From the NCBI GenBank assembly GCA_964609395.1, contig CAZSRU010000004.1:6263-70262 (forward strand): a stretch of DNA of 64,000 nucleotides, given 5' to 3'. Under the pieces are notes generated by a model that was not told the DNA's origin, made no database searches, and saw nothing but the letters and a program-made list of their open reading frames with translations. How positions within the stretch are numbered: the first letter of the stretch is position 1; each line of letters opens with the position of its first letter. The stretch is from an uncultured Victivallales bacterium. Lineage in GTDB: Bacteria > Verrucomicrobiota > Kiritimatiellia > UBA8416. Positions 52,986 to 62,952 of this stretch are shown in pieces. Position numbers and translations under genes: made by a program.

Positions 52986-53128
52986 GGGTTAATTGTAGCC
53001 CAGTTGCGCCGCAACTGAGGCAGCGGGGATGCGCTTTTGGTTATGCAAATCACCATACGTGCCAACCGGTTGCCTTACAACACAGAAGCCGCACTCGCGG
53101 CGCGAGTGGGCTACAATTTTAATTGGGA
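52986..53128 (+). repeat. structured intergenic element: long inverted repeat enclosing two 8-bp-stem palindromes
   Basis: ttaattgtagcccag ... ctgggctacaatt(ttaa) outer arms; inner cagttgcgCcgcaactg and cactcgcgGcgcgagtg. Confidence 0.45.
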
Positions 53129-53133
53129 ATATC

Positions 53134-54294
53134 ATGAATACGCAGCCACAACCGCCAAACTCCGATGATCTACCTTTCCTGGAGGTCCGGAACATCACCC
53201 GGCAATTCGGTGCCTTTACCGCCCTCGATAACGTCAGTGTCAGTGTCCGCACCGGCGAATTCGTCTCCATACTCGGTCCCAGCGGCTGCGGCAAGACAAC
53301 GCTCCTGCGCATCATCGCCGGCCTTGAGCGTCCTAACCAGGGCGAGATCTGGATCCGGCAGCGCAACGTCACCCGCGAACCGGTCGCCAGCCGCGATCTG
53401 GGTATCGTCTTCCAATCCTATGCCCTTTTTCCCAACATCAGCGTCATCGGCAACGTGCAATACGGCTTGAATCAACGGGATTCGTCCGCCCGCCGAGCAC
53501 GAGCCATGGAGATGCTCGATCTCGTCGGACTGGCCGACCAGGCACGGAAATACCCGGCCCAGCTTTCCGGCGGACAGCAGCAGCGCGTCGCCCTAGCCCG
53601 CGCGCTCGCGCCGAACCCATCCCTGCTCCTGCTGGATGAACCGCTGTCGGCACTGGATGCACGCGTACGCGTACGCCTGCGTGCCGAGATTCGCCAGATC
53701 CAGCGCAAGCTCGGCGTGACCACGATCATGGTCACACATGACCAGGAGGAGGCGCTGACCATGGCCGACCGCATTGTCGTGCTCGATGCCGGACGCCTGA
53801 TGCAGTTCTCCGAACCCGACAGACTGTACAGCAACCCCGCCAACCCGTTCGTCGCCGGCTTTATCGGCACCATGAACTTCCTGCCCGGCTGTCGGCGCAC
53901 CGGCAAAACCACGGCCCGTTTCATGGACTATACGCTCACCATGACCGAAGGCGGGGAACTGCCTCCTGCCGGGGAGGCGGTGACACTGGCGATCCGCCCC
54001 GAGCACCTCCGCGTCGGCGATGCACGCGACGCCGGCGAGAACCGGATCAGGGTCCAGGTACGCGACATTGAATTCCGCGGGTCCGTCTCGCGCGTGATGC
54101 TGCGCGTCCTGCAGGCCAACGGGGAACCGTCCGCCATCTCGCTGGAAATGGATCTGCAACCGAAGGCGGTTGAACAGTTGAAGCTCGGCACGGCAAACTC
54201 GGTTGAAATCCTGCTGCCACCAAAGCACCTGCTGGCCTTTGCGTGCAGCACCCTGCCCCCGCCTGCCGCCATGGAGAACGATTATGCCGCCTGA
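53134..54294 (+). CDS. phnT: ABC transporter ATP-binding protein (PotA/PhnT type)
   Basis: Start trimmed to ATG 53134; Walker [10 protein letters not shown], signature [15 protein letters not shown], Walker [14 protein letters not shown]-terminal TOBE-like domain. Confidence 0.85.
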   Translation: MNTQPQPPNSDDLPFLEVRNITRQFGAFTALDNVSVSVRTGEFVSILGPSGCGKTTLLRIIAGLERPNQGEIWIRQRNVTREPVASRDLGIVFQSYALFPNISVIGNVQYGLNQRDSSARRARAMEMLDLVGLADQARKYPAQLSGGQQQRVALARALAPNPSLLLLDEPLSALDARVRVRLRAEIRQIQRKLGVTTIMVTHDQEEALTMADRIVVLDAGRLMQFSEPDRLYSNPANPFVAGFIGTMNFLPGCRRTGKTTARFMDYTLTMTEGGELPPAGEAVTLAIRPEHLRVGDARDAGENRIRVQVRDIEFRGSVSRVMLRVLQANGEPSAISLEMDLQPKAVEQLKLGTANSVEILLPPKHLLAFACSTLPPPAAMENDYAA

Positions 54295-56644
54295 CGACCT
54301 GGACGGGCTTGCCATCAAGCCGCTTCTGGATCGCCCTGCCAATAGCAGGACCGATATGCACGGCTGGATCCAGCGTGGCCTGATCGCGCTCGCCTGCCTG
54401 TGGCTGCTGGTCGGGGTGGTGCTGCCGCTCGGCGAGGTGCTGGAGCGGGCGACCCGGATCGAGCTGCCCGTCGCGATCGAGGAACCGACCGAACAGGAAA
54501 AGACCGAGGATGATTTCCGCGGCGAGATCAACGTCGCCGGCTTCACGATCATGCTGATGGAAACAGACGGGCAACCCTTGCTGTATATCAACAACCAGCC
54601 GGCAACCGTCACCGATGGCAGAATCCAGACCGGTGATCTTGAAATCCGTCTCGCGGCGAACGCGCTCCAGCAGATCATCGTCCGCACCGTACCGACCAGC
54701 GGGCTTCGCGACCGCCGCCGCGCGGTAGCCCCCGTGGTCATCGAACGCGGCGATGCCGGCCGCTGGATGATCGACGGCAAACGCCTGCCGATGGGAGAGC
54801 GCGTGCGCGTGGTGCGCCGTTTTATCGGCATCGCCAACTTCATGGACTATTTCGGCTTGCAGGGCATCAGCCAGTTCAAACTGCTCCTTTCGCTCGCCCT
54901 GATCACCGCGGCCGCCACGCTGATCATCAAACTGATCGTCACGTACCTACAGTCCGGGCCTGCCGGGAGGAGCCCGCTCGCCTCCCGCCTGCTGGCCGCC
55001 GTCGTGCTGCTGCTGGCGGCACAGGCCTTGCAGGCCATGCGGGTTATCGCCAGTGGCAGCACCGGCGGCACGAACTTGGCGCAATCGTCATGGAACAGCC
55101 TGACCGTCGCCATCACTGCCACGGTTATCGCGGTCACACTTGCCTTCGCCTATGCGTATGGACTCACCCGTACCTGCATGCGCGGCAAAACCGCCTTCCG
55201 CGTCATCGCCATGCTGCCGCTGTTCGCCCCGACCATGCTCTACGGGCTGTCGCTGGTCTACATGTTCGGCAACCAGGGACTCCTGACAACCGGTTTCTTC
55301 GGCAAGCTCCCCTGGCTGGCGCACGACATCAACCTGTACGGCTTCACGGGGATCGTCATCGCCGAGATCGCCTTCACCTTTCCGCCGGCGATGATGATCA
55401 TGAGCGTGGCCCTGCAGCATACCGACGCGCGTCTCTATGAGGCCGCCACCGCCCTCGGGGCCGGCTGGCTGCGCACATTTTTCACGGTGACGCTGCCGGG
55501 GGTGAAGTATGGCCTGCTCAGTGCCGTGTTCGTCTGCTTCACGCTCTCGTTTACCGATTTCGGTGCACCCAAGGTCGTGGGCGGCCATTTCAATGTGCTG
55601 GCGGTAGACATCTACAAGCAGGTGGTCGGGCAGCAGAACTTCGGCATGGGCGCGACGGTCAGCATGATCCTGCTGGTCCCCACCCTGCTGGCGTTCGTGG
55701 CCGACCGGATCGTGCAGCGCCGCTCGCACGCCTCGCTGACCGCGCGCAGCGTGCCGCTGACCCCGGTCCCGACGGCGTGGCGCGACGGCCTCTTCACGCT
55801 GTTCTGCGGCCTGATCGCCCTTTCGATCCTCGCCACGCTCTTCACCGCCGGGCTGGCCTCGTTCGTCAAGATCTGGCCCTATGCCTTCACGCACCCGGAG
55901 ATCTACCCGGATGTCTGGACGCTCTCGCATTACACGTTCCAGCATGTCGGCGGCGGGGGTATGCGCGCTTTCCATACCAGCCTGCGCATGAGCCTCCACA
56001 CCGCCGTCTTCGGCACGGTGATCACCTTCATCAGCGCCTGGCTGATCGAGAAGACACGCGACGCGGAACGCCTGCGCCAGGGAGCCTACCTGCTCTCGAT
56101 CGTTCCGCTGGCCCTGCCGGGGCTGGTGATCGGCATCGCCTACGTGTTCTTCTTCAACAAGCCCGTGCTCAACATTCCCTTCACCTCGCTTCAGTTCAGC
56201 AACCCCTTCGCCCGGCTCTACGGAACGATGGCCATCCTGGTGCTCAGCAACATCATCCACTTCTACACCGTCAGCTTCCTGACCGCCACGACGGCCCTGC
56301 GCCAGCTCGACAAGGAGTTCGAGCTGGTCTCCGAGTCGATGGCCGTCCCCTTCTACCGCACGTTCTTCAACGTGACCGTGCCGGTCTGTTTCCCGGCTAT
56401 TATCGAGATCGCGGCCTACTACTTCGTCAGTTCCATGGCGACGGTCTCGGCAGTGATCTTCCTCTACAGCAGCCGCCTGCCCCTGGCCTCGGTGGCGGTG
56501 GTCAACATGGACGATGCAGGCGATACGGCGGCCGCCGCGGCCATGTGCATGCTGATCGTCGGCGTCAATATCCTCGTGCGGGCCGCGGCGGAGGGCGTCT
56601 GCCTCCTCTTCGCGCACCGCACCCAGTCATGGAGAAAAAAATGA
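54284..56644 (+). CDS. phnU: ABC transporter permease with duplicated (fused) transmembrane domains
   Basis: ATG 54284 after GGAGAA overlapping ATPase stop; 786 aa; two BPD-transporter EAA-like loops ([25 protein letters not shown] and second copy). Confidence 0.8.
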   Translation: MPPDDLDGLAIKPLLDRPANSRTDMHGWIQRGLIALACLWLLVGVVLPLGEVLERATRIELPVAIEEPTEQEKTEDDFRGEINVAGFTIMLMETDGQPLLYINNQPATVTDGRIQTGDLEIRLAANALQQIIVRTVPTSGLRDRRRAVAPVVIERGDAGRWMIDGKRLPMGERVRVVRRFIGIANFMDYFGLQGISQFKLLLSLALITAAATLIIKLIVTYLQSGPAGRSPLASRLLAAVVLLLAAQALQAMRVIASGSTGGTNLAQSSWNSLTVAITATVIAVTLAFAYAYGLTRTCMRGKTAFRVIAMLPLFAPTMLYGLSLVYMFGNQGLLTTGFFGKLPWLAHDINLYGFTGIVIAEIAFTFPPAMMIMSVALQHTDARLYEAATALGAGWLRTFFTVTLPGVKYGLLSAVFVCFTLSFTDFGAPKVVGGHFNVLAVDIYKQVVGQQNFGMGATVSMILLVPTLLAFVADRIVQRRSHASLTARSVPLTPVPTAWRDGLFTLFCGLIALSILATLFTAGLASFVKIWPYAFTHPEIYPDVWTLSHYTFQHVGGGGMRAFHTSLRMSLHTAVFGTVITFISAWLIEKTRDAERLRQGAYLLSIVPLALPGLVIGIAYVFFFNKPVLNIPFTSLQFSNPFARLYGTMAILVLSNIIHFYTVSFLTATTALRQLDKEFELVSESMAVPFYRTFFNVTVPVCFPAIIEIAAYYFVSSMATVSAVIFLYSSRLPLASVAVVNMDDAGDTAAAAAMCMLIVGVNILVRAAAEGVCLLFAHRTQSWRKK

Positions 56645-58110
56645 GCAAGAACAATGTACCCATTCCCGAAATGCCCGAAGGGTTCGAGGACGCCATCAGG
56701 CTCCAGTCCGGAACGGAAAACACGGACGATATGACCCGCCTGCTGGATCAACATGCCGAGGGCGACACCAACCTGTCGGACTGGCGGCGGCGGCTGGCCG
56801 ACACAGCCGACCCCGAGACGCGGCGACTGCTGACCGAGGACGCCCGCCTTTTCCTGCACCAGTCGCTGTCCACCCCCTGCATGGATGTCGTCGAACACGC
56901 CTCCGGTGCCACGCTGCATTGCCGTGGCGGCGACCGTCTCGACTTCCACGGCAACAACGTCCATCAGACCGGGTTCGCCCACCCCGCCGTGATCGAGGCG
57001 GTCAAGAGCCAGCTTGACCAGCTCGTGTTCTGCCCGCGTCGCTTCACCAATGCGACCGCCATCGAACTGGCCGCCAAACTGGTGTCCATCGCGCCCACCC
57101 CGCTATCGAAAGTGCTCTTCGCCCCCGGCGGGGCCGAGGCGGTAAGCATGGCGCTCAAGCTCGCGCGACTGGCTACCGGGCGCTACAAGACTGTCTCGTT
57201 CTGGGACAGTTTCCACGGGGCGACGCTCGACGCGATCTCCATCGGCGGCGAGCGCCTGTTCCGCGATGGCATGGAGCCGCTGCTGCCGGGGTCGCTGCAC
57301 ATGCCGCCGCCGGTGGTCCCGCCGTCGCATCGCGAGTCTCCTGCGATCGAGGTAATGCGCGATCCCGACTATCTCGACTACCTGATGCGCAAGGAGGGCG
57401 ACATCGGTGCCTTTATTGCCGAACCGTTCCGCTATTCGTTCGCCCTGCATCCGCCAGCCGACTACTGGAAGCGGATCCAGCGGATCTGCAAGCGTCACGG
57501 GGCCCTGCTGATCTTCGACGAGATGCCGGTCTGCCTCGGGCGCACCGGTCAATGGTTCGCCTGCCAGTTGTACGACGTCACGCCGGACATCCTGATTCTC
57601 GGCAAGGGTCTCGGCGGCGGGATTTTCCCCTTCGCCGCGATGCTGGCCACCCCCGCGCTGGATATCGGCCAGCACCACGCGCTCGGACATTTCACGCACG
57701 AGAAATCGCCCGTCGCCAGCGCCGCCGCGCTCGCCACGATCCGCGTGATCGAGGACGAGCACCTGCTGCGCCAGGCGCGCTGCAAGGGACACAAGGCGCT
57801 GGAAACACTCAAGGCGTTGCAGACCCGTGACGAGGGCATCGGGTCCGTATCCGGCATCGGCCTGCAACTGGCCGTCGAGCTTGTCGACCGGAGCGGACAC
57901 CCGGATCTCGAGCGGTCAGGTCAGGTACTGAAAACCTGCCTCGCCAACGGACTGAGCTTCAAGGTCGCCAGCGGCAATATCCTCAGTTTCGCCCCGCCAC
58001 TGAATGTCACGGAAGCGGAACTGCAGAAAGCCGCCGCTATCCTCGCAGAGGCATTGTCCAAAACCATGTGTAACACCGATATACAGGAAACAGACAAACA
58101 TATTGATTAA
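56641..58110 (+). CDS. class III pyridoxal-phosphate aminotransferase
   Basis: ATG 56641 after GGAGAAAAAA overlapping permease stop (ATGA); class-III AT regions [36 protein letters not shown]; Schiff-base Lys region [10 protein letters not shown]. Confidence 0.8.
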   Translation: MSKNNVPIPEMPEGFEDAIRLQSGTENTDDMTRLLDQHAEGDTNLSDWRRRLADTADPETRRLLTEDARLFLHQSLSTPCMDVVEHASGATLHCRGGDRLDFHGNNVHQTGFAHPAVIEAVKSQLDQLVFCPRRFTNATAIELAAKLVSIAPTPLSKVLFAPGGAEAVSMALKLARLATGRYKTVSFWDSFHGATLDAISIGGERLFRDGMEPLLPGSLHMPPPVVPPSHRESPAIEVMRDPDYLDYLMRKEGDIGAFIAEPFRYSFALHPPADYWKRIQRICKRHGALLIFDEMPVCLGRTGQWFACQLYDVTPDILILGKGLGGGIFPFAAMLATPALDIGQHHALGHFTHEKSPVASAAALATIRVIEDEHLLRQARCKGHKALETLKALQTRDEGIGSVSGIGLQLAVELVDRSGHPDLERSGQVLKTCLANGLSFKVASGNILSFAPPLNVTEAELQKAAAILAEALSKTMCNTDIQETDKHID

Positions 58111-58120
58111 GTATAAACAA

Positions 58121-58205
58121 GGATCGGTTGACGATAGCGGGCGACGATAGCGGATTACGAGTTAAGAGTCCTAATCGTCAACCGATCTCGTCGCCCGTTA
58201 TCGTT
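58121..58205 (+). promoter_or_regulatory. conserved cis-element E1: two tandem 11-mers (GACGATAGCGG-gc-GACGATAGCGG) facing two inverted copies
   Basis: ggatcggttgacgatagcgggcgacgatagcgg...atcgtcaaccgatctcgtcgcccgttatcgt, 20 nt upstream of GT2 start (RBS GAGGAG); related copy E2 at 62058-62150. Confidence 0.45.
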
Positions 58206-58224
58206 CACCAAATGAGGAGCACCC

Positions 58225-59421
58225 ATGCATATTATCACATCATCCCTACTGGCCTTCGTGATGCTGACCATGAGCCTCTGCGCCTGGTATGACCGGCGCC
58301 GAAAACGCGCCGCGGCCACGCCACGCGCCATCACGGTCATTGTTCCGTGCTACAAGGATGCCGATACCGTCGGCGATACCCTGCGCAGTATCTTCGCGGC
58401 CTGGCCGACACGCCTGCTCGATGTGGTCGCGATCAACGACGCCAGCCCCGACGAGTCGCTGACACGCATCCGCGAGGTGGCGGAGCGCTATCCTATCACC
58501 ATTATCGACAACCCGGCCAATCTGGGTAAATCGGAGTCGCTCAACCGGGCCATCGCGGCCGCCCGCAATGATCTCATCCTCTGCCTGGATGCGGACACCC
58601 TGCTGACCGCCAGGGCCCTGCAGGACATGCTCAACCGCGTGGTCCACGATCCGCGGATCGGCGCGGTGAGCTGCCCCTACAGTCCCATCAACCGCGGTTT
58701 CCTGCCCGCGATGCAGGCCATCGAGTACAGCATGCTGCGCCTCACCCAGGGGGCGGGCAACGTCACCTCGGCCCTGGCGCTCTGGGGCGGGTGCCTGATG
58801 CTGCGGCGCGGGGCGTTCAACGCGGTCGGGGGCTTCTCGCACCACGCCATCACCGAGGATGTGGACCTGGCCTTCAAGCTCAACCGCGCCGGCTGGCGTG
58901 TGGAACAGAGCTTCGTCTTCGTCCAGACGCATGTCCCGACGACGTGGAAGACCTGGCTTAAACAGAAGACCCGCTGGACCTCAGGCGGTTTCCAATGCAC
59001 CTTCGCCTACCCTGGCGTCTGGCTGCGCAATCCCCTTCAGGTCCTCTTTGTCGCCGTCTACGCCGCCATGGCGATGCTCTGTGCCTTCGTACCGGCCGAC
59101 GACCACTCGCTGCTGCAGATCGGACGCGATATCGGTGGCCTGATCCGCCTGGACATCCCGTTCCGCATGGTCATGGACCTGGCCATGCTTCAGCACGGCA
59201 CGGACCTGTTGATCGGCCTGCTGGCAAGTTTCACCCTGAACCTGATGTCGCTGATCTACGTTATCCCCACCATCTCGCGGCTGCAGGACTGGCTGCGCCT
59301 CGCACTCGTCCTGCCCTTCTCGCTCGGCTACTTCCCGCTCTACATCATCGTCGCCGCCGCCGGCCTCTTCTTCTGGTTCACCACCCTGCGGCGCACCCCG
59401 GCAGGGCAGCGGGCATGGTGA
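58225..59421 (+). CDS. processive family-2 glycosyltransferase (NodC/cellulose-synthase-like, membrane-bound)
   Basis: DAD motif ILCLDADTLL, ED of ITEDVDL and Q-x-x-R-W motif KQKTRWTSGG; N- and C-terminal TM helices. Confidence 0.8.
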   Translation: MHIITSSLLAFVMLTMSLCAWYDRRRKRAAATPRAITVIVPCYKDADTVGDTLRSIFAAWPTRLLDVVAINDASPDESLTRIREVAERYPITIIDNPANLGKSESLNRAIAAARNDLILCLDADTLLTARALQDMLNRVVHDPRIGAVSCPYSPINRGFLPAMQAIEYSMLRLTQGAGNVTSALALWGGCLMLRRGAFNAVGGFSHHAITEDVDLAFKLNRAGWRVEQSFVFVQTHVPTTWKTWLKQKTRWTSGGFQCTFAYPGVWLRNPLQVLFVAVYAAMAMLCAFVPADDHSLLQIGRDIGGLIRLDIPFRMVMDLAMLQHGTDLLIGLLASFTLNLMSLIYVIPTISRLQDWLRLALVLPFSLGYFPLYIIVAAAGLFFWFTTLRRTPAGQRAW

Positions 59422-59464
59422 GGGGGGGTGTATTCGGACTGAGAAATCGAAAAAGCGGTTCGTT

Positions 59465-59588
59465 TAAGTGTAACCAAGTAAGGGTGGGATTAAGTCAGGG
59501 AATAAGTGTGCGATGAAGTGTTGGAACAGAACACTTAGTCCCACACTTGAACGTACACTTAAACTCACACTTACTTGGTTACACTTAA
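59465..59588 (+). mobile_element. MITE-like element with perfect 19-bp terminal inverted repeats
   Basis: TTAAGTGTAACCAAGTAAG ... CTTACTTGGTTACACTTAA; internal short inverted repeats (aagtgtt/aacactt); solo left-arm-like copy tttaagcgtaaccaagtaag at ~29549. Confidence 0.5.
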
Positions 59589-59680
59589 TCCACCCGCTTC
59601 GTCGGTCATACATGGACAGGAAAAAAGGGAAGCCACCCACAGATTCTGCGGAAGACCCACTAAATAAAGGAAACAAAAAC

Positions 59681-60769
59681 ATGACTAAGCAAGAACTCCC
59701 TTCGAACCCCTACCTGCTGCTGACCCCTGGACCGCTGAGCACGACCCCGTCTGTCAAGGCGGTGATGCTGCGCGACTGGTGTACCTGGGACCGCGACTAC
59801 AACGATATCGTCCAGGACATCCGCCGCCAGCTTGTCGGTCTTGCCGGCGATCACGGCTTCACCGCCGTGCTCATGCAGGGCAGCGGCACTTTCAGCGTCG
59901 AGGCCGCCATCGGCAGCATGATGCCTGACGACGGCAAACTGCTGGTACTGGCGAATGGTGCCTACGGCGACCGCATCGCCGCCATCGCCCGTACCCTGCG
60001 GATCCCGCTGGAGGTGCATGACAGCGGAGAGATCGCCCACCCGGATCTCGACCGCCTGCAGAAGGCGCTGAATGCCGATCCGGCGATCACGCATGTGGCG
60101 GTTGTCCACTGCGAGACCACCACCGGCATGCTCAACCCGGTCGAGGAGATCGGACGCCTCGTCAAGACAGCAGATCGGCTTTTCATGGTCGATGCCATGA
60201 GCAGCTTCGGAGGAATCCCCATCGACCTGGAAAACGTGGATGTACTCATCAGCTCGGCCAACAAATGCATCCAGGGCGTGCCGGGCTTCGGGTTTGTGCT
60301 GGTTCGCGAACCTCTGATCCGCTCGTGGAAGGGGCAGGCGCGCTCGCTGTCGCTCGACCTTTTCGACCAGTGGAACACGATGGAAACGCAAGGCGGCAAA
60401 TGGCGGTTCACCTCGCCGACCCATGTCGTACGCGCCTTCGCGCAGGCCCTGCGCGAACTTGACGAGGAGGGCGGCATCAATGCGCGTTTCCAGCGTTACC
60501 GCGAGAACCAGCGTATTCTGGTCGACGGCATGCAGGCCATGGGGTTCCGGACACTGCTACCTTCCGCCCTGCAATCGCCGTTCATCACCTCGTTCCGCAA
60601 CCCGGTGATCTTCAGCTTCGCGGACTTCTACCAGAAGCTGAAGAAACAGGGTTTTGTGATCTATCCCGGCAAAGTCTCCGTCGCCGACTGCTTCCGCATC
60701 GGCACCATCGGCGACGTCGTCCCCGACCAGATCCGCGCCCTCCTCGCCGCTATCCGCACCACAACATAA
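59681..60769 (+). CDS. phnW: 2-aminoethylphosphonate--pyruvate transaminase (class V aminotransferase)
   Basis: ATG 59681 after AAGGAAAC; [39 protein letters not shown] and [16 protein letters not shown] (PLP-Lys) match PhnW. Confidence 0.85.
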   Translation: MTKQELPSNPYLLLTPGPLSTTPSVKAVMLRDWCTWDRDYNDIVQDIRRQLVGLAGDHGFTAVLMQGSGTFSVEAAIGSMMPDDGKLLVLANGAYGDRIAAIARTLRIPLEVHDSGEIAHPDLDRLQKALNADPAITHVAVVHCETTTGMLNPVEEIGRLVKTADRLFMVDAMSSFGGIPIDLENVDVLISSANKCIQGVPGFGFVLVREPLIRSWKGQARSLSLDLFDQWNTMETQGGKWRFTSPTHVVRAFAQALRELDEEGGINARFQRYRENQRILVDGMQAMGFRTLLPSALQSPFITSFRNPVIFSFADFYQKLKKQGFVIYPGKVSVADCFRIGTIGDVVPDQIRALLAAIRTTT

Positions 60770-60800
60770 ACGTCCCCCTATGGACGTTGGATGTTCGATG
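60768..60800 (+). terminator. possible intrinsic terminator after phnW
   Basis: hairpin aacgtccccctatggacgtt followed by T-containing ggatgttcgatgtt; weak U-tract. Confidence 0.3.
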
Positions 60801-60958
60801 TTGGGCACGAGAATATTTAAATTCACCACTCTGGCTACAGTCCTTTCACCCCAAGGCAATCTAGGATTTGTTGCTGTTCTTTGTCAGACTGGTTGGTCAC
60901 ATGACGTACTGGGATGTTCTTCACGAGCAGTTGTTCGCGGCGCAGGCTTTTCAATCGT

Positions 60959-61273
60959 TCAATCACTACCGGCATCGACCAGCGGCGTTGTTCGTGGGTT
61001 CATTGAGCGAGCATGGGCATCGGATCGGATGACGTAGCAGCCATCCAAGGCTTCTTCAGCGGCAACGACAGCCTTATCCAACGAGAAGGTCAGTTGCCCT
61101 TTCTCGTCGACGAACCAGTTGAAGAACTTTTCAATTTTGTATTTTCCAAGCAGGGCGCCTACACGGGCGCAAACGGCTTGCGGATCCCTCTTTCTTGTCA
61201 CACGGGCGATGGTTGCGAGCTTTGCGGTGACCGCCTCGATAAGCGATTGGCGGGTGAGGGTTTCCCGACGCAT
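60959..61273 (-). pseudogene. transposase gene remnant (IS4/IS1634-like internal fragment)
   Basis: 104-aa ORF without RBS or proper start; ...KFFNWFVDEKGQLTFSLDKAVVAAEEALDGCYVIRSD resembles the DG(x)Y(V/L)(I/L)R(S/T)(D/N) region of IS4-superfamily transposases; no intact flanking ORF. Confidence 0.45.
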
Positions 61274-61362
61274 GGTTTCGGGGTTTTTGCAGAGGACATG
61301 GCATGCTTAAGGCATGCGCATACGTGGCCACTTTCTTGTTCGGTGGCGCTGTATTCTTGTTT

Positions 61363-61986
61363 TCAGAAAAGCCGCAGGACTACCCGGCGGGGTTCAAGTC
61401 CGGCCCCTTTGGGTACATGCACCCGCAACACGCCGTTGGTCAGGTGCGCCTGCGCCTCCCCGGCCTCGCCGACAGGTCCCGGAAGCAGGATGCGCCGCTC
61501 GTAGCGATGACCGCCACCGCCAGCGCCCTCCGCCGGGCACCAGGCCCTTACAGTCAGCACACGCCCATCAAGCAGGACGCCAAGATCATCAGCATTGACC
61601 CCGGGGATGCTGAAGGTCACCAGATAACCGCTTTCCGTATCGCGCATGTCCAGCGTGGGCGACGCCTGCAGCCGGTCCCAGCCCCGGTTGAACTGCACAG
61701 CCGAATGCAGCCGGGCCATGCTTTCCATCATGGCATCCATCGCCATCACCTGCGCCGACGGGAAACGGGATGCCGCCTCATCCGGCAGTTCGGCATGCTC
61801 GGGCAACAGAGGCTCCGTTACCCCTTGTGGCGCCACCTCGGCCACCACTTCCCTTGCCGGCTCTTCCGCCAATCGAGCGGCCCGTATCACCAGCCGCAAC
61901 TGCCAGAACACCGCCAACTGCATGGCCAGCACGGCCAGCAACAGCGTACGCTCCAGCCAACGATGATGTATCCGTTCCGCGTTCAT
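61363..61986 (-). CDS. Hsp20/alpha-crystallin-family protein with N-terminal hydrophobic segment
   Basis: Start trimmed to MNAERIHH...; N-terminal TM-like LLLAVLAMQLAVFWQL; alpha-crystallin domain DTESGYLVTFSIPGVNADDLGVLLDGRVLTVRA...LTNGVLRVHVPK. Confidence 0.6.
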   Translation of the reverse strand: MNAERIHHRWLERTLLLAVLAMQLAVFWQLRLVIRAARLAEEPAREVVAEVAPQGVTEPLLPEHAELPDEAASRFPSAQVMAMDAMMESMARLHSAVQFNRGWDRLQASPTLDMRDTESGYLVTFSIPGVNADDLGVLLDGRVLTVRAWCPAEGAGGGGHRYERRILLPGPVGEAGEAQAHLTNGVLRVHVPKGAGLEPRRVVLRLF

Positions 61987-62057
61987 ACAGGAATTAAATG
62001 CAAGTTCCATGCCATGATATAAGAACTGGGCGCCCTAATCGATTGCGTGAGTAGGGG

Positions 62058-62150
62058 AATCGGTGGACGAGAACGGGCGACGAGAGCGGTGGACAATTGG
62101 GATATTCTCTCCTCGCAATCCGTTCTCGTCGCCCGCTATCGTCAACCGGA
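62058..62150 (+). promoter_or_regulatory. conserved cis-element E2 (paralog of E1)
   Basis: aatcggtggacgagaacgggcgacgagagcgg...ccgttctcgtcgcccgctatcgtcaacc: GACGAGAACGG-gc-GACGAGAGCGG then exact inverted copies CCGTTCTCGTC-gc-CCGCTATCGTC; in 280-bp divergent region between hsp20-like gene and HAD hydrolase. Confidence 0.45.
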
Positions 62151-62268
62151 AAAGGAAACCCGCGCGACAACACGGCACGAGGCTGCGACACCCTGTCACA
62201 CACGAAAGACGCCGACGCCGCAAAAATCAGGCTCGCCATTTTCATGTGTGCTGCCTACCATACCGTCC

Positions 62269-62952
62269 ATGAATACAACCCGTTACGGACTCATCTTCGA
62301 TATGGACGGTGTCATCGCCGACACCGAGGAACTCAACGCGCGCGCCTCGATCCGCGCGTTTGCCGAGCTTTTCAACCTGCCTGGCGTCAAGCGCGAGGAT
62401 TTCGATGCCGGCATCGGGAGGGGGGCCGAAGCCTACACACGGGCGGCAGCCGAGGCGAACGGACTCGCGATGTCGGATGACGACGTCAGACACGCCGTGG
62501 ACGCCCGGCAGGAGTTCCTGCTCGCGATGCTCGCCAGCGAACCGCTGCCGGCGTTTCCCGGCGTGCTGGCGCTGATGCAGGCCGCGCTGGCGTCGCCGGA
62601 CTGGGCCGTCGCGATCGCGACCGGCAGCACACAGGAGATCGCCGATGCCGTGATCAAGTCCGCGAAAGTGCCGTATGCCCAAATGGTGGTGATCACCGGT
62701 TCCGAGCCGCATGCCCGCAAACCGGCCCCCGACATGTTCCTCGCGGCGGCATACCGGCTGGGCGTTGAACCCTCAAGATGCGTCGTCATCGAGGACGCCC
62801 CGAGCGGCATCCAGGCGGCAAAGGCTGCCGGTGCGAAGTGCATCGCGGTGACCAACTCCTTTGACGCCTCACGCCTGGCCGAGGCGGACCTCATCGTCGG
62901 CAGCCTTGCCGGCGTCTCGCTGGAAACGCTGACCGGCTTGCTGGGCTCATAG
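62269..62952 (+). CDS. HAD-superfamily hydrolase, subfamily IA (beta-phosphoglucomutase/CbbY-like)
   Basis: Motif I LIFDMDGVIADT, motif III/IV region KPAPDMFLAA...VVIEDAPSGIQAAKAAGA. Confidence 0.8.
   Translation: MNTTRYGLIFDMDGVIADTEELNARASIRAFAELFNLPGVKREDFDAGIGRGAEAYTRAAAEANGLAMSDDDVRHAVDARQEFLLAMLASEPLPAFPGVLALMQAALASPDWAVAIATGSTQEIADAVIKSAKVPYAQMVVITGSEPHARKPAPDMFLAAAYRLGVEPSRCVVIEDAPSGIQAAKAAGAKCIAVTNSFDASRLAEADLIVGSLAGVSLETLTGLLGS

Noticed and set aside
61290-61330. Near-palindrome gcatgcttaaggcatgc / atgcgcat next to the transposase remnant as an IS terminal repeat
   Set aside because: No matching partner repeat found within the window; cannot define element ends.
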